Assembly (NCBI GenBank): GCA_003427395.1
Contig: BFEA01000013.1
Coordinates: 5,292,052 to 5,356,051, forward strand
Source: Chara braunii
Taxonomy: Eukaryota; Plantae; Charophyceae
DNA length: 64,000 nucleotides
Reading direction: 5' to 3'
Shown here: positions 24,166 through 36,100 of the stretch, in pieces
Position numbering within the stretch: the stretch's first letter is position 1
Layout of the letters: every line of letters begins with the position of its first letter
Notes under the pieces: generated by a model
What the model was told of the DNA's origin: nothing
Database searches by the model: none
Seen by the model: the letters and a program-made list of their open reading frames with translations, nothing else
Made by a program: the position numbers and the translations under genes

Positions 24166-24512
24166 AACTTCACATTGTAATGTCACATGTGCTATCTTGG
24201 GCCGTTATCATCACTTCTTTTCGTGGTGGTATCTCTGCCTGCTGATGATGTGTTTTAAGTTCAGGACATTGCATCCATGTCAGGTGATCGTCTTCTAACC
24301 ATTTCATTTTTGTGTGTTTATCTTTACTCTGGGATGGGGCGGAGGACGGCTGGGAGCGTGCATATTCCGGCCGGGAGCGTGCATATTCTGGCGAACACGG
24401 GTCCTGCTTCCCTGTTTGGGCTGGCGATGGTAGTGAGAGGTTGTGGAGGCTTGGAGGGGGGGGGGCGGGGCTGTCGGGTTTTGCTTGTTTGTGCTGTTGT
24501 TTGTAAGAGCAG

Positions 24513-25920
24513 GCATTCGGAGTTGTCCGTTGCTCGTCCTGCCGCAAACGAACCTCCTGTTATTGGATTGAACGCCCGAGACCTGGATATCTTGCGAGTG
24601 ACTGTCAACGGGATCCCGGCCAGGTTTTCACTCAGAGAGACCAACGTGGGAGGTGTCAGCAACAAGAAGGATGGTAGATTGGCATGCGCTCGGCTGTTGC
24701 AGCAGTGCAAGACATCAGAACTGTTGGAGAAGTCGCTGAAGTCAAATGCAGATGCCGCGGATGCAGCATTTAAGGAGTATGTGCAGTCACTTGCTGATGA
24801 CCTGTCTCCAGAGTTGCTTGTGTGGCTGCCTGACCCATTGCCACCTATGCGGGGGCGATGTGTTAGCGCCAGCTGTGTAGGGCCTTCTCTCTCCGGAAGA
24901 TCATCTGACCCAACTGCGGTGGGCAATGTTGGAACTCCTGAGAGCGGCGGCTCTCTCTGTGTAGAGGGCGCACTTCCAGTTGCTGCAGTTGGTGCAATGA
25001 CGAGTGCTACACCTGCAACGTCAAAACGACCAGTTCCAGGAGACCTGCAACAAAGTGGCTCTCCACCCGGTGTAGGGAGAGAAGGTGGCAGTACGCACGA
25101 GGTGCATGGCAGCAATGACGATGGGCTGAAAGAAGATGGAATGGTTGAGGCGTTGGCATCGGGTACGGAAGCGTGGAATCTGTTGGAAAATCAGTCCAAG
25201 GGCCCTGTCGGTGATCTGGGTGCCGACGCCAGTGATCTGGGGTTCATTGACACCCGAGCGAAGGAAAATTCCGAAATCTTTCACTCTCTTCCCTCCAATG
25301 ACGTGGACAAGATTCAGACAACTTTGCCAGCTTCCGACGTGCAGGGAACGAAGGTTCCTATGGAAGGACAGGCTACTGGACACGTGGATGTGCGGGAAAT
25401 GATTGGGACGCAGGCATTCGGGGGCAATGGTGCTGATTTGAGTGGTTCGTTGATGATGGATGTAGAGGCGTCTGCTCCTGGGAGCTGTGTCCCTAGTGGT
25501 TCGGTGGGAAAGGAGGGGATGGCTTCGGGTTGCGGTGGTGACCGTGTGCATATAGTGGGAGGAGAAATCGGAGATTTTGAAGAAGGGGGTGAAGAACACT
25601 CTGGAGGAAGGTCGGCTCAGGTGGAGGCAGTTCCAAATCAAGCTCTCAGTGTCGCAGCTGCTGTCCAAAGAGAAGGCGCTGCTGTCCAAAGAGAAGGCTC
25701 TGCTGGAGGGCAAAGTGTGCAACGCCTTAACTCAGGGGCAGCGTGGAAAGATGCGGTCCCCGTTGGTGTTGCAGGTGCTGGCCCAATGGCGGATCCCGTC
25801 GGTTCGAAGAGTACTGGTGCTGGGGAAAGAACAAATGCATATGAAGATGCCGGTGCAGCTGCTGCTCTCAATATTGCTCCAATGGCGCATGGTGGGAAGT
25901 CTGAGGCTCCTGTTGAGGAG
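24513..25920 (+). CDS. TAF2: TFIID subunit 2 (TAF2), exon 2: start of the M1-aminopeptidase-like domain plus a long low-complexity insertion
   Basis: HSELSV...VIGLNARDLDILRVTVNGIPARF...NADAADAAFKEYVQSLADDLSPELLVW parallels plant TAF2 as I recall it (YTELEV...[23 protein letters not shown]...[26 protein letters not shown]). It lies in the 561-aa ORF, the longest in the window. Likely donor GAG|GTAGGT at 25920; alternative at 25924. Confidence 0.8.
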
Positions 25921-28270
25921 GTAGGTAATTGTGCCGCCCACCTTTGCGGTCTCCTTGTGTGAATGAACGCAATTTGCACTTGCCAGTGTATTGCTGTTTT
26001 GTTTGCTCGGCTTCTGATGTGCGGGTGAAGTAGAGGCCTGAGCTATGGGAGCTTGATGTGCACGATCAACAGGAGGATCTCTCAATGCCACACCGGTAAT
26101 CTTGCTGACAACACTGGGACTTGATGCTGTGAATGAGCAAGAGGATATCTCCAGGCCACGTCCGAAGTGATCTTCCTGACAACTCTGGAATGGGGGAGGG
26201 AGGGATCTAACCTGTAGTAGAGTCGTCGAAATTGGCATGGGAGCTTCCAGTTTGAGCCTCATGACGCCCTTCACTATGACATGACTGGTCGTCCTGTGGA
26301 CGACAGTCTTGCTTTTTGTGCATAATCCTGGTAATTTGCAATTGAGGAGGCATCATCGCTCATAGGAGGACGAATGTGTAGGCCTGCTATGGGGCTGATG
26401 CGCTCGTCTTTTTTTGTTTTTCCCGTTTGCTCGCCAGCTCCCGCTATTGCGCAGCCAGTTGCGTCACCGCCTGCCGCCAGTGCCCTCGCTCCGACAAATA
26501 AGGTCCATTTATGCTTGGGTGAATCTGGTGACTGTTTCCAGAATCACAATCAACATTTCTTCAACATTTGGATTGCTCACCAGCTCCCGCTATTGTGCGC
26601 CCACTCGCGCCACCCCCCCACCGTCAGCGCCGTCGATCCGACGAATAAGGTCCAGTTATGCTTGGGTGGATTTTGTGACCTTTGCCAGAATCACAATGAT
26701 GATTGGTTCCGGGAGAGGGGCCCCTCATCAGTGCAAGGCTGGGCCTTGTTTCCCCATTGGACGTTGCAATAAAGTATGGATGCTGCACAGGTTACATGCA
26801 TGCTTACACGTGCGATCTTGAACACTGTTCTATGGCGAGTGACTTTGGTACGCCCAGCCATTACAACTTGCAGAATGATAATTGTATTGCTGACTTCAGT
26901 TTGCCCTGATGTCATGATGCCATGCCTGCCATCGCTGTTGTTCTTGTTATAGGTGCTGATGGATTCAATTATACTGTTTGTGACAATTTGTGGGCCTACT
27001 TTGATTCCCATGTTCCCCTCATCTTTTTGGGTTTCTGATCCGTTTTCTTTTTCTCGAATTGGAATAGTTTGTTCCTCTTTGCTGGCGTAATCATTACCAT
27101 CAAGGAGGGCATGAGGTGGTTCTGTCGACCACGTGGCTGTGAAGGAACCTTTTTGAGGCACAACTGTCAATATGTGCCCTCTGTTAAACCACCAGTACAC
27201 GGCCCCAGCCTTGCAGAAAAATGATGTTGTCGCCACAAGCAAAATTTGGGGCTCGGGGAAGGGCTGCTGAAGCAACGGGGGAGTAAGCTTGTGGGCCCGT
27301 TGAAAACGGGCAACTGGACTAGAACCTTTCCTAGTGGTCCAATCTGCTGGTGTGTTTCCACATGTACGTACAGAACCCCTTCCTTGCTGGCACTGGCAGC
27401 AAAACTATAACAGGAAAAAAAAAAAAAAAAACACAACCAAGGAAAACCAACAAGCATTCACTTTGTTTTTTCATTCGGATGGCTGTGGCCATATTCCTGG
27501 GTCACATTCGAGGGAAGTCTTCGAGTTCTGGTCTTTCTGTTTAGGTGCCCTGCCAGGAAGGCAGGGCGTTTTTCAACTGTTCCGACGGCCGTTTCTTTTT
27601 TTTTTGTTTTCTTTTAGAACGTGGTACTAAGTGAGTGCTACATCTTCCACTGTCGAATTTTCTCAGCCTCTAGATTCAAGATGTAGCGGCCCATCTCAAA
27701 TCTGCTTAGTATCTGTCCGTTCTCCCGAAAGTCTCTGGTAGCCCGTTTCTCTCAGGGCACACTCACAGTGGGAATTGGGTGCACGTACCTACGGTTGACA
27801 GCTGGCTGCATACATCAAGGGAAATGCCTGTGGGGGCAAGCAGCCCCCAACTGGTTACTGGCGCCTGTCATCACGGACTGCCAGCAAAACAAGTGGGCAC
27901 TATGTGCCCAGAAGAGAGAGAAGCACCCATTTTCACACAGTGCCAGCCTTTCTGAAAGTAGAGTTTTTTCCCCATGAATCTTTGCCCATTTTGGGCTAGA
28001 TACAGGCACATTCCTTCGAGGGTACACTCATGACAGGGATGTATCTGACTGCTATTGTGTCCATCTTGAGCAGAAAACGTCGGTGTGCGCTCTTTTTTTT
28101 CCTTTTCTTTTCTCTTTGAAGCCCAGTATCTCTTTGAAACCACCTGTATCCATAACTCGAATTTGGCCAGATACACGGGTCTGGCTTTGTGGAGAGTTTG
28201 GTTGCTGTGGCACATCATTGAAAATGACGATCTCCTTTTCATTCCATCTGCTGGCTCGTCGGTGCTGCCC

Positions 28271-28949
28271 TGTGGCATACTGCGCATCCACACGGGCTTG
28301 AAGGGCCCAACCAGATGGAAAATAAGGGCCCTCCAGGCCCCTTGTCGTTTCAGCCTAAAAGCCTGAAAACGAGGGCCATTTTCACGCCCTCATAAAGTCG
28401 ACCTGCCCTGAAACTCAGGCGCCAGACCAGGGTTTACCACAGGCCATTTTTGGGCCTGTTTCAAGACAACCTTTGTATGAACTTCAACGCCAGGGTCTGG
28501 CACGTTTCGGCATTGGCAAGAGCAGCCTCCCGGACGGGCCAGCACTATATAGTACTGGCCCGCCCTGCAGGCTGCACGTAGTTCATAGGGACTTCCCAGG
28601 CAGTTCACAGGCACTTCACGTGCGTTCAGGAGGCAGTCTTCAGGAGTTGGCCGCAGCACTCTGGAGGAGTGCTGCAGTAGTAGCTAGTGCTAAAGTAGTC
28701 TTCAGCGCTGGGCGCTGCTAGGAGGTAGAGTAGCGTTGGGAGAGAGAGAGAAGGGCGGAGGCCAGGGAGACTTACCTGTGGCGCCATAGCACCAGCTTCG
28801 TCTTCGGTGTACCTGCAACAAGGCGCCACCTTCACAGGTTAGTACTTGGTACGAGAGGGGGAGAGAGAGAGTTCTTCTTCTTCCTCTAAGTCCACCATCT
28901 CTCCCTCACCCTCTCGCCACCTGACTTCTCAGTATCTGCAGACTATGAG

Positions 28950-29013
<64 letters not shown>

Positions 29014-29363
29014 GTGACTTCGAGACTTGATGGCATTTGGATTCAGACTCGACATTGGGATTGAGACATTGGACGATGGATTATTTGGGACCTGTACCGA
29101 AGACTCGGTGTTGACGACATTCCCATCTTCCCCTCTTCTTCGTCTAATCCCCCTCCTCTTCGTCTGTGTATGTTTGGGACTGGCGCATTTCTTCCTGTGT
29201 GAGCGCCAGGTCCCTTCACACCATGCGATGATGATGATGTATGTTTGGTCTGCATTGCGACATTGATTGGTTTGATCATTGGTATTTTAGCTTTCCACTG
29301 TGCTATCCTGTATGTGCGAGAGGTCGGTTCTTGTTCTGGTCTGCACCGTTACGGTATGCAACA
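28271..29363 (+). repeat. 5' LTR of element A (contains a (GA)n tract)
   Basis: tgtggcatactgcgc...ggtatgcaaca; TG..CA ends. Confidence 0.9.
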
Positions 29364-29366
29364 GTT

Positions 29367-29378
29367 TGGTATCGGAGC
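29367..29378 (+). promoter_or_regulatory. Primer-binding site (tRNA-iMet type) of element A
   Basis: tggtatcggagc lies 3 nt after the LTR end, one mismatch from the canonical TGGTATCAGAGC. Confidence 0.85.
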
Positions 29379-30125
29379 GGACCTCTCAATCAGAGGATCC
29401 GCCCAATCAAGGAGCCAGCTTGCTTGATCGACTGATTGTTGAATGAATGATTGATTGATTGATTGATTGATTGTTTATTAGTGAATCAAGTAGGGCTTCG
29501 GCAAATCTCTGCATTTTTTTTCTTCCGGATATTAGCATTTCGTTTTCTGTCTCACTCTAGGCATATTATGTCATATTCTCGGACTGGATCGATTCTTCTC
29601 TGAAAGTGGAACCGATCGAAAGCCGAAACTTTGCGAAACCTTGCCTAGATCCAGTCATATTCTCGGATATTGCCGAAACTTTGCGATCCAGTCATATTCT
29701 CGGACTGGATCGATTTCTTCCGGATATTAGCATTTCTATTTTGCGCAATTTTTTTTTTCAAGATCGCATTTTTTTTGAAAGCCGAAACTTTGCGAAACCT
29801 TGCCCAGATCTCGCTCATAGTACTCTGAAATGCCTCACTGATAGCAGATCGACAGATATACAAAAAATAAAAAAGAAGGGGGGTTGATCCTCTTCTTTTA
29901 TTTTATTTATTTATTTTATTCTGTTGATTATGACCGGGAATGGAGAGTGCAGCATTGTCACCTTCCTGCATTTCCCTCCCACCCACCCCTTTGTCTGCAT
30001 TCCCAGTTTGGTAAGTGCCACGTCAACAGTGCCACAACAGCAGCAGTGCCACGGCAACAACAATACCAACGTCAGCAATGCCCGTCCACCATGACAGTTT
30101 CAGCTTTGGGCATGCCAGGCCAACT

Positions 30126-33100
30126 TGCAATCAGACTCGCTTTCTTCTTCGCTTCACATACATGCAAACAGATGGCGAATCACACTGACGCACAGCTCCC
30201 ACGCAAAACTCAGAGATATGGAAATCGAGAACTCAGTTCAGATGCGAACTTGCTTCCACAGGCTATGGCGCATAAGCGCCTGCACATCCAACCCTCGATA
30301 CTGTTTCCAACACCACCGTTCACACTCACTCAACTCTGGATCACCCCGAATACCCCAGACACATACACACTCTTGCGTCTCTCTCCTATGTACAACGGTT
30401 ATGGCCTCTTAACCACTAACTACGGCTACGCTAACTTCTTCCAGCCCACTTCGTCTTCGGGCGCTCTGCAGACCACCTCGCACAAGTCGCTTGAGACAGC
30501 GCTTCCGCATGGCTTACGCAGAGAATGATTGAATTGCTGGACGCTGCCTCTTGATTTATACTTCTGTTGGTCGCTGGTCTGCCCCTTTCCTCCAGGCCCT
30601 CGGGGCACACAGTCCCACACGATACTTGCTTGACTGGACTGCGACTGACAGGATCGGTACCACTGACTGCACGGGGTTGCATTGCCGACTCAATGGGGTC
30701 GCACTGTCTACTCAACGCAGCTGGACCTACGACTTACCTACAGACCTCTAGCCTAACAGTTTCGACCTCTACACAGCCGCAACCCCTACTTGACAGGTCT
30801 ACAGATCGAATCCTTACAACTACAGGGACCTACGACAAAGCACAGTCACTAGACTCACTACTAAAACACAGGTCGTGGGTTCAAAACACACACGGCTCTA
30901 CTCGATACTGTACACGGGTGCAGGTAAGGTCTAGGGATCGGACCCTGGGATCTGCATCTGCTTCTGCAAAGGTGAAAAACCGTTTCACTCCCGCCGGCCT
31001 AAATTCAAGGTCCTCCGAGAATGCTCCAGTCCAAGGCAGGACCTTTACCCTTCTTGTCTCTCTCATAGGCTCGGACTATATTGGGAGCTGTCTCTAGAAG
31101 TTCTGCTCTGGTGAACCAGCGATCGTCTTCAGGTTCTTGATAAGAGAATCTGACTTTGTACTGTTTCTGTGGACGACCCCTACCTCCTGTTCTGAAGACA
31201 TCCTCACCTACTATGCTGTCAATGTCGTACCTTCCGTCCATATTCGGAGGAATTATAGACCTTCGTGATGGAAATTGTTGGCTTGTTGTACAAGGTAATA
31301 ACTTTGATGCATGGAAAACTGGGTAGGTGTGGAGGTGTGCTGGAATCTCTATTGTGTAGGATGGTCCGTCCTCTCCACCCTTGACTTCTAGGACTGGCCA
31401 TGGTCCTTTATAAGCAGGTGCAGGTTTTGCGAGATGTTCTCCTCAAGAGCAAACTCTTTTGACTTGACCCAGACTAGGTTGCCGACTTGGAACTGTGAAG
31501 GGCGACGGTGTTTGTTGGCTTGTTCTATCATTCTGTGCTGGGCCTTCCTGAGGTTCTCAACTAGTGTAGCTATCTCTTTCTCGTGCCGTATCGCGGTACC
31601 GGGCAGTAACCTTTGAATCTGATCCCGGTTAAGTCCTTCAAACGGTCTGCGTGGTTTAAAAGACTTGTGTAGCTCATTGGGAGTGCGACAAGTGGCTAAG
31701 TGCACGCCATTATTGTAGGCACTGGCTACTTTTGGGAGCATCTCATCCCAGTCCAGTTGATCGGGCCTAATGTACATCCTTAAAACTTGCTGAAGGACTT
31801 TATTTATGTGTTCGGTCTGTCCGTTTGTCTCTAGATGACGGTCAGACGACATTAACAACTTTGACCCGTAGACTTTTATTAATTCCTGCCAATTCTGACT
31901 AGTGAACCGAGTGTCCCTGTCACTAACTATAGACAACGGTAGCCCATGTTCACTGACCCAATGGTCGAAAAACTTTCGGATCACTAAATCTACGCGTGCC
32001 TCAGAAGGCAAAGGAACGAAAATGGCGTACTTGCTAAACCTGTCTACTATGACCATGACTTGACTCTTGTCATGTCTACTTTTGACGCCAACATCAATGA
32101 AGTCTATAGACACTGGATCTCCGGGTCCTTCTGGGATAGGCAATGGTATGAGAAGACCTAGAGGGGCTCACGTAGTAGTCTTGTTCCTTTGACATACTTT
32201 GCAATTTCGTACTTATTCTATGCAGTCAGCCTTCATACCAGGCCAGGTATACGCACGCATGAGGTTGGCTAATGTCTTCTGCCAACCGAAATGTCCCTCT
32301 GTATCATGGCGTTCCCCTAAGATCAAGCTTATGATCTCTTCACTATTGGGAACGCATAGGTGGTCAACAACATTAGTCTTCTCAAATAACAGGCCGTTTG
32401 TAGTGCGGTAATCTGGTTCTGATTCTGGTGCCTCCTTAACCCTCTTGAGGAGGTCACTATAGATAGGGTCCTGCGCATACGCTTCTTTGAGGCTCTGCTG
32501 CACGTCTCTCCCTATATCCAGATAGTGCACTATCGCTCCAAAGTAGTCTGATCTCCTACGCAGGGCGTCTGCAACTACATTGTACTTTCCCTTGACCGGC
32601 TTGAGCTCAAAATCATACTGGTTTATCTCTGCGGCCAGCCTAGTTAGCTTTGGTGTCATTTTGGCCAGCGTTTTCGGCCACCTTAGTGTCTCGTGGTCTG
32701 AATATACTTCAAAGTGCCTCCCAAGCAACTAGTGCTTCCAGTGTTCTAACACTTGCCTGAGAGCGTAGAGTTCCCTCTCGTAGGTGGATGTTGCTACCGT
32801 TTTTGAAGGCATTCTAGCAGACATGAACTCTACAGGTCTGTATCCATTACAATCGTTTTGCTGTAGAACAACACCTATGCCATATTGGCTTGCATCTGTG
32901 GTGATCGACGAATGGCAATGATGGATCGACTACCTTAAGGACAGGGTACTCTATTAAGGCCCGCTTTAACTTCTTCAGGGCCGCTGTGCAATCTTTATCC
33001 CACTTCCAGATTGCCTGTTTCTTTAGCAACCGGCGAAGGGGAGCAACGATGGTGGAGAAGTTTATGAGAAACTTTCTATAATAATTTGCCAACCCTAAGA

Positions 33101-36100
33101 ACGATCGCAACTCTGTCAGCGTGCCGGTAGTCGGCCAGTCTCTAATCGCTGCTATCTTACTGTCCTCAGGCCATCTCCATCTAGGACGTGGCCCACGTAT
33201 AAAACTTGTGGCTTGGCCCACTCACACTTCTTCACATTGATCTTGAAGTTACTTCTCTAAGCTCCCCCAAAACCTGCCTTAGATGGCCTTCATGCTCCTG
33301 GAGGGTCTTACTAAATACTAACATGTCATCTAGATATACAACTACAAATCTATCTAACCACGGCCTAAACAAGTCATTCATGCAACGCTGAAAAGTAGCT
33401 GGCGTGTTGGTTAGTCCGAACGGCATCACTATAAACTCATAGTGCCCGTATCTGGTCCTGAACGCCGTTTTGTGCTGATCATCAGGATGAACACCTATCT
33501 GATGATAGCCTGATTTTAAATCTATCTTAGAGAAGTATCGGCAACCCTGCACTCGATCCAACAAATCATCTATTCGAGGCAGTGGTTCTGCGTTCTTCAC
33601 TGTGATGGCGTTGAGACCCGTATAGTCTATACACATTCTCAACTCTCCCTCCTTTTTAGGGACATACAGAACAGGCGCTCCAAACGGAGACGAACTGGGC
33701 CTACTCCAACCCTTCTCGAGGAGCTCGTCTAACTGCTTTCGCAGCTCCTCTAACTCTCTTGGGGACATTCTATACACCGCTCCTTTGGGAGTTCTATTGC
33801 CAGGTTCTATCTCAATTCGATGCTGGATCGGTCGCTGTATTACTCCTGTAGGCGGCTCAGACAAATCTGCATACTCCTCTAGCAACTTGGGAATACGAGG
33901 GTCTATGGGCTCTTCGGGCTTAGGCTTAGTGATAGGCCTAACATAGGCAACAAAAGCCTGTTTTTCTAGCTTCTCGTTCTTCACTAACCTTGTGAATGCA
34001 GGAGCGCGAAGGCAGCAATGTGCTAAGGGGTTCTCTACCCTTGACACATGAAACAGGCGGGCAGTCTTGACTCCACCTGAAGGAGTAGGGAGCCTACACT
34101 CATGCTCTCTCAAATGAAGTGTGGCCCCTGCTGCCTCTTCCAGTCCATTCCTAGGACTATATCAAACGGGAGGTTGTCTTCCAAGAGGAGAGTCAGGAAT
34201 GGAGAACTCTTTCTACCTTCCCATCTTTCTCTAGGCGAAAATAAGCCTGGACTCCCTCAACGTAATCCTCGACTCGCATTGTGCGATTGTCTGCGAGGAT
34301 GCTGATTATAGGTTCCTCTAGCTTTCGGACCCTTGGATTCAGCTTCAACTTTTGTAGCGTTGTGCGACTAATATAGCTACGGTAGCCCCACTGTCTATAA
34401 GGGCCCCTACTCTACCTCTAAAAATCTCTACATCTACCAATACTAGTTGCCCTTTCTCATTCTTCTTCATCTTGGCCCAGGCAGGCATCCTCTCCTTCAG
34501 TTCTTCTGCCACGCATGTGAGGGAAGTGCCTAGAGAGATCCTAACACAAGCAGTCTCTGGGCAGCTTTCTAGGCTCTGGCCAGCAACCTCTGCCATAGAC
34601 ACATGTGGGTTGGGAGTTCCTCTATGGTGAGCACCCTCTTCTCCACATGGTCTAGGGGTAAGGGCAGTTGCGACCCCTATCGGCGGTTGCCTGTTGCTGC
34701 CTGTGCAGCAAATCGGGCCTCCCTATACTTTGGGCAGTATTTGATAATATGACCTGGATCACCGCAGTAAATGCACTGGTCGTCTATTCTTTTCTGCTAG
34801 ACTTTTTGACCGAGACCCAAATCTTCCCATGGCCTGCCCTGTGGCAAACCAGGGTGCCATCCACCTCTCCTGTAAGGTGACCGATTGAAATGTGGACGGT
34901 TTTGAGGGGGACCTCGACCCCTACCTCCCTCTTGGCGGTTTCCCCTACCGCCAACCGCCTGATCGTCCTGTCTTTGGCCACTTGAGGCCCGACCTTCTTG
35001 GCCCCGGCCTCCTCCTCTTCCTTGCAGCCTCCCTCCAGCCGCGACAGCAGTGTAGGACCTCCCCTGACCTACAGTCCTGTCCTCCTCCTCAAGGCCCCAC
35101 TCTATCTCGCTATAAGGGACCTCCTCCATTCCTCGTTCATCCAAAGTCAGGATCAGGCTATCCTTCCCCTTAACCTGCCCTGAAATAGTCCGACCCTTCC
35201 CCTTCTTTCCCTTTTCGAAATCCCTATTCCAGAAAGCCTTCACTGACGTTCCCTGTTCTCGTGACTTGTCATAGAAATGCCCGTGCAAACTCTCGGGCAT
35301 CGCACGATAAAATAACTGAACCAACTGTGGCTCTATTACCCCATGATTAGGGACGGCGACAGGCTCGTCCATGGGCCCCTTGAGTGCCCTTGCAGTCTTC
35401 CACTGTCGTGTGTGGATTGTCTGGAGCTTGTCAGATGCATTAATTCCTTTAGTTACATCCGCGAAACATTCACGAAGTAACTTTAGGCATTCATTGAGGG
35501 GAGTGATGGTGGAATACGCCACCATATCGTTGTGGCACTTGGCGGCACGGTCTAACGCGTGGAATGCGACCAGGACTTGCTCCTTAGGAATAATATCCTG
35601 GAGGTGCACGCATGAGTTAATGTTATCCTCCCAATTATCAAAATCTTCCCCTTGCTTCCCGCTATAGGCGTCAGGAAACTTGACTTTGACTTGTTCCCTA
35701 CGCAGGTGTGCCTCTTCCTCCTTTGGAACTACTATCTTGACGCCCTCTATGGCGCCAACACAGAACTGTTTTGTGTTCTTTATGCGGGCCGCATCTCAGA
35801 GCCCATCCGCATCGTCATATCGTGGGCAAAATCTCTAAAAGCTACTCGAATGGATTGTAGTGCTATGTCATGGCCCCTGGAGGCATGCATCTGCTCCTAC
35901 TGGACGCGAATCAACACATCTATACTTTTCGCTATCGCATCCACCTTACTCTGCAAATCCCCTTGTGCTAGCGCATTCGAATGCTGCTCTGCGCTGGCAG
36001 CCAATTCCTTTCCCAACTCAGTGGCCGCCGCTATGCGCCTCCTCCTCTGCCTTCTTAGTCGCAACTTCCATTCCATTCTTTTCTCGTCCTCTAGGGCCTG

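Larger units (their letters stand above)
14661..24512 (+). other. TAF2: TAF2 intron 1 (~9.85 kb, GT..AG), repeat-rich
   Basis: Donor gtacgg at 14661 and T-rich acceptor ...gttgtttgtaagagcag at 24512. GG+G restores a Gly codon and the frame. Confidence 0.75.

Noticed and set aside
26953-27040. Candidate TAF2 exon 3 after ttcttgttatag
   Set aside because: No frame resembles the next TAF2 segment.
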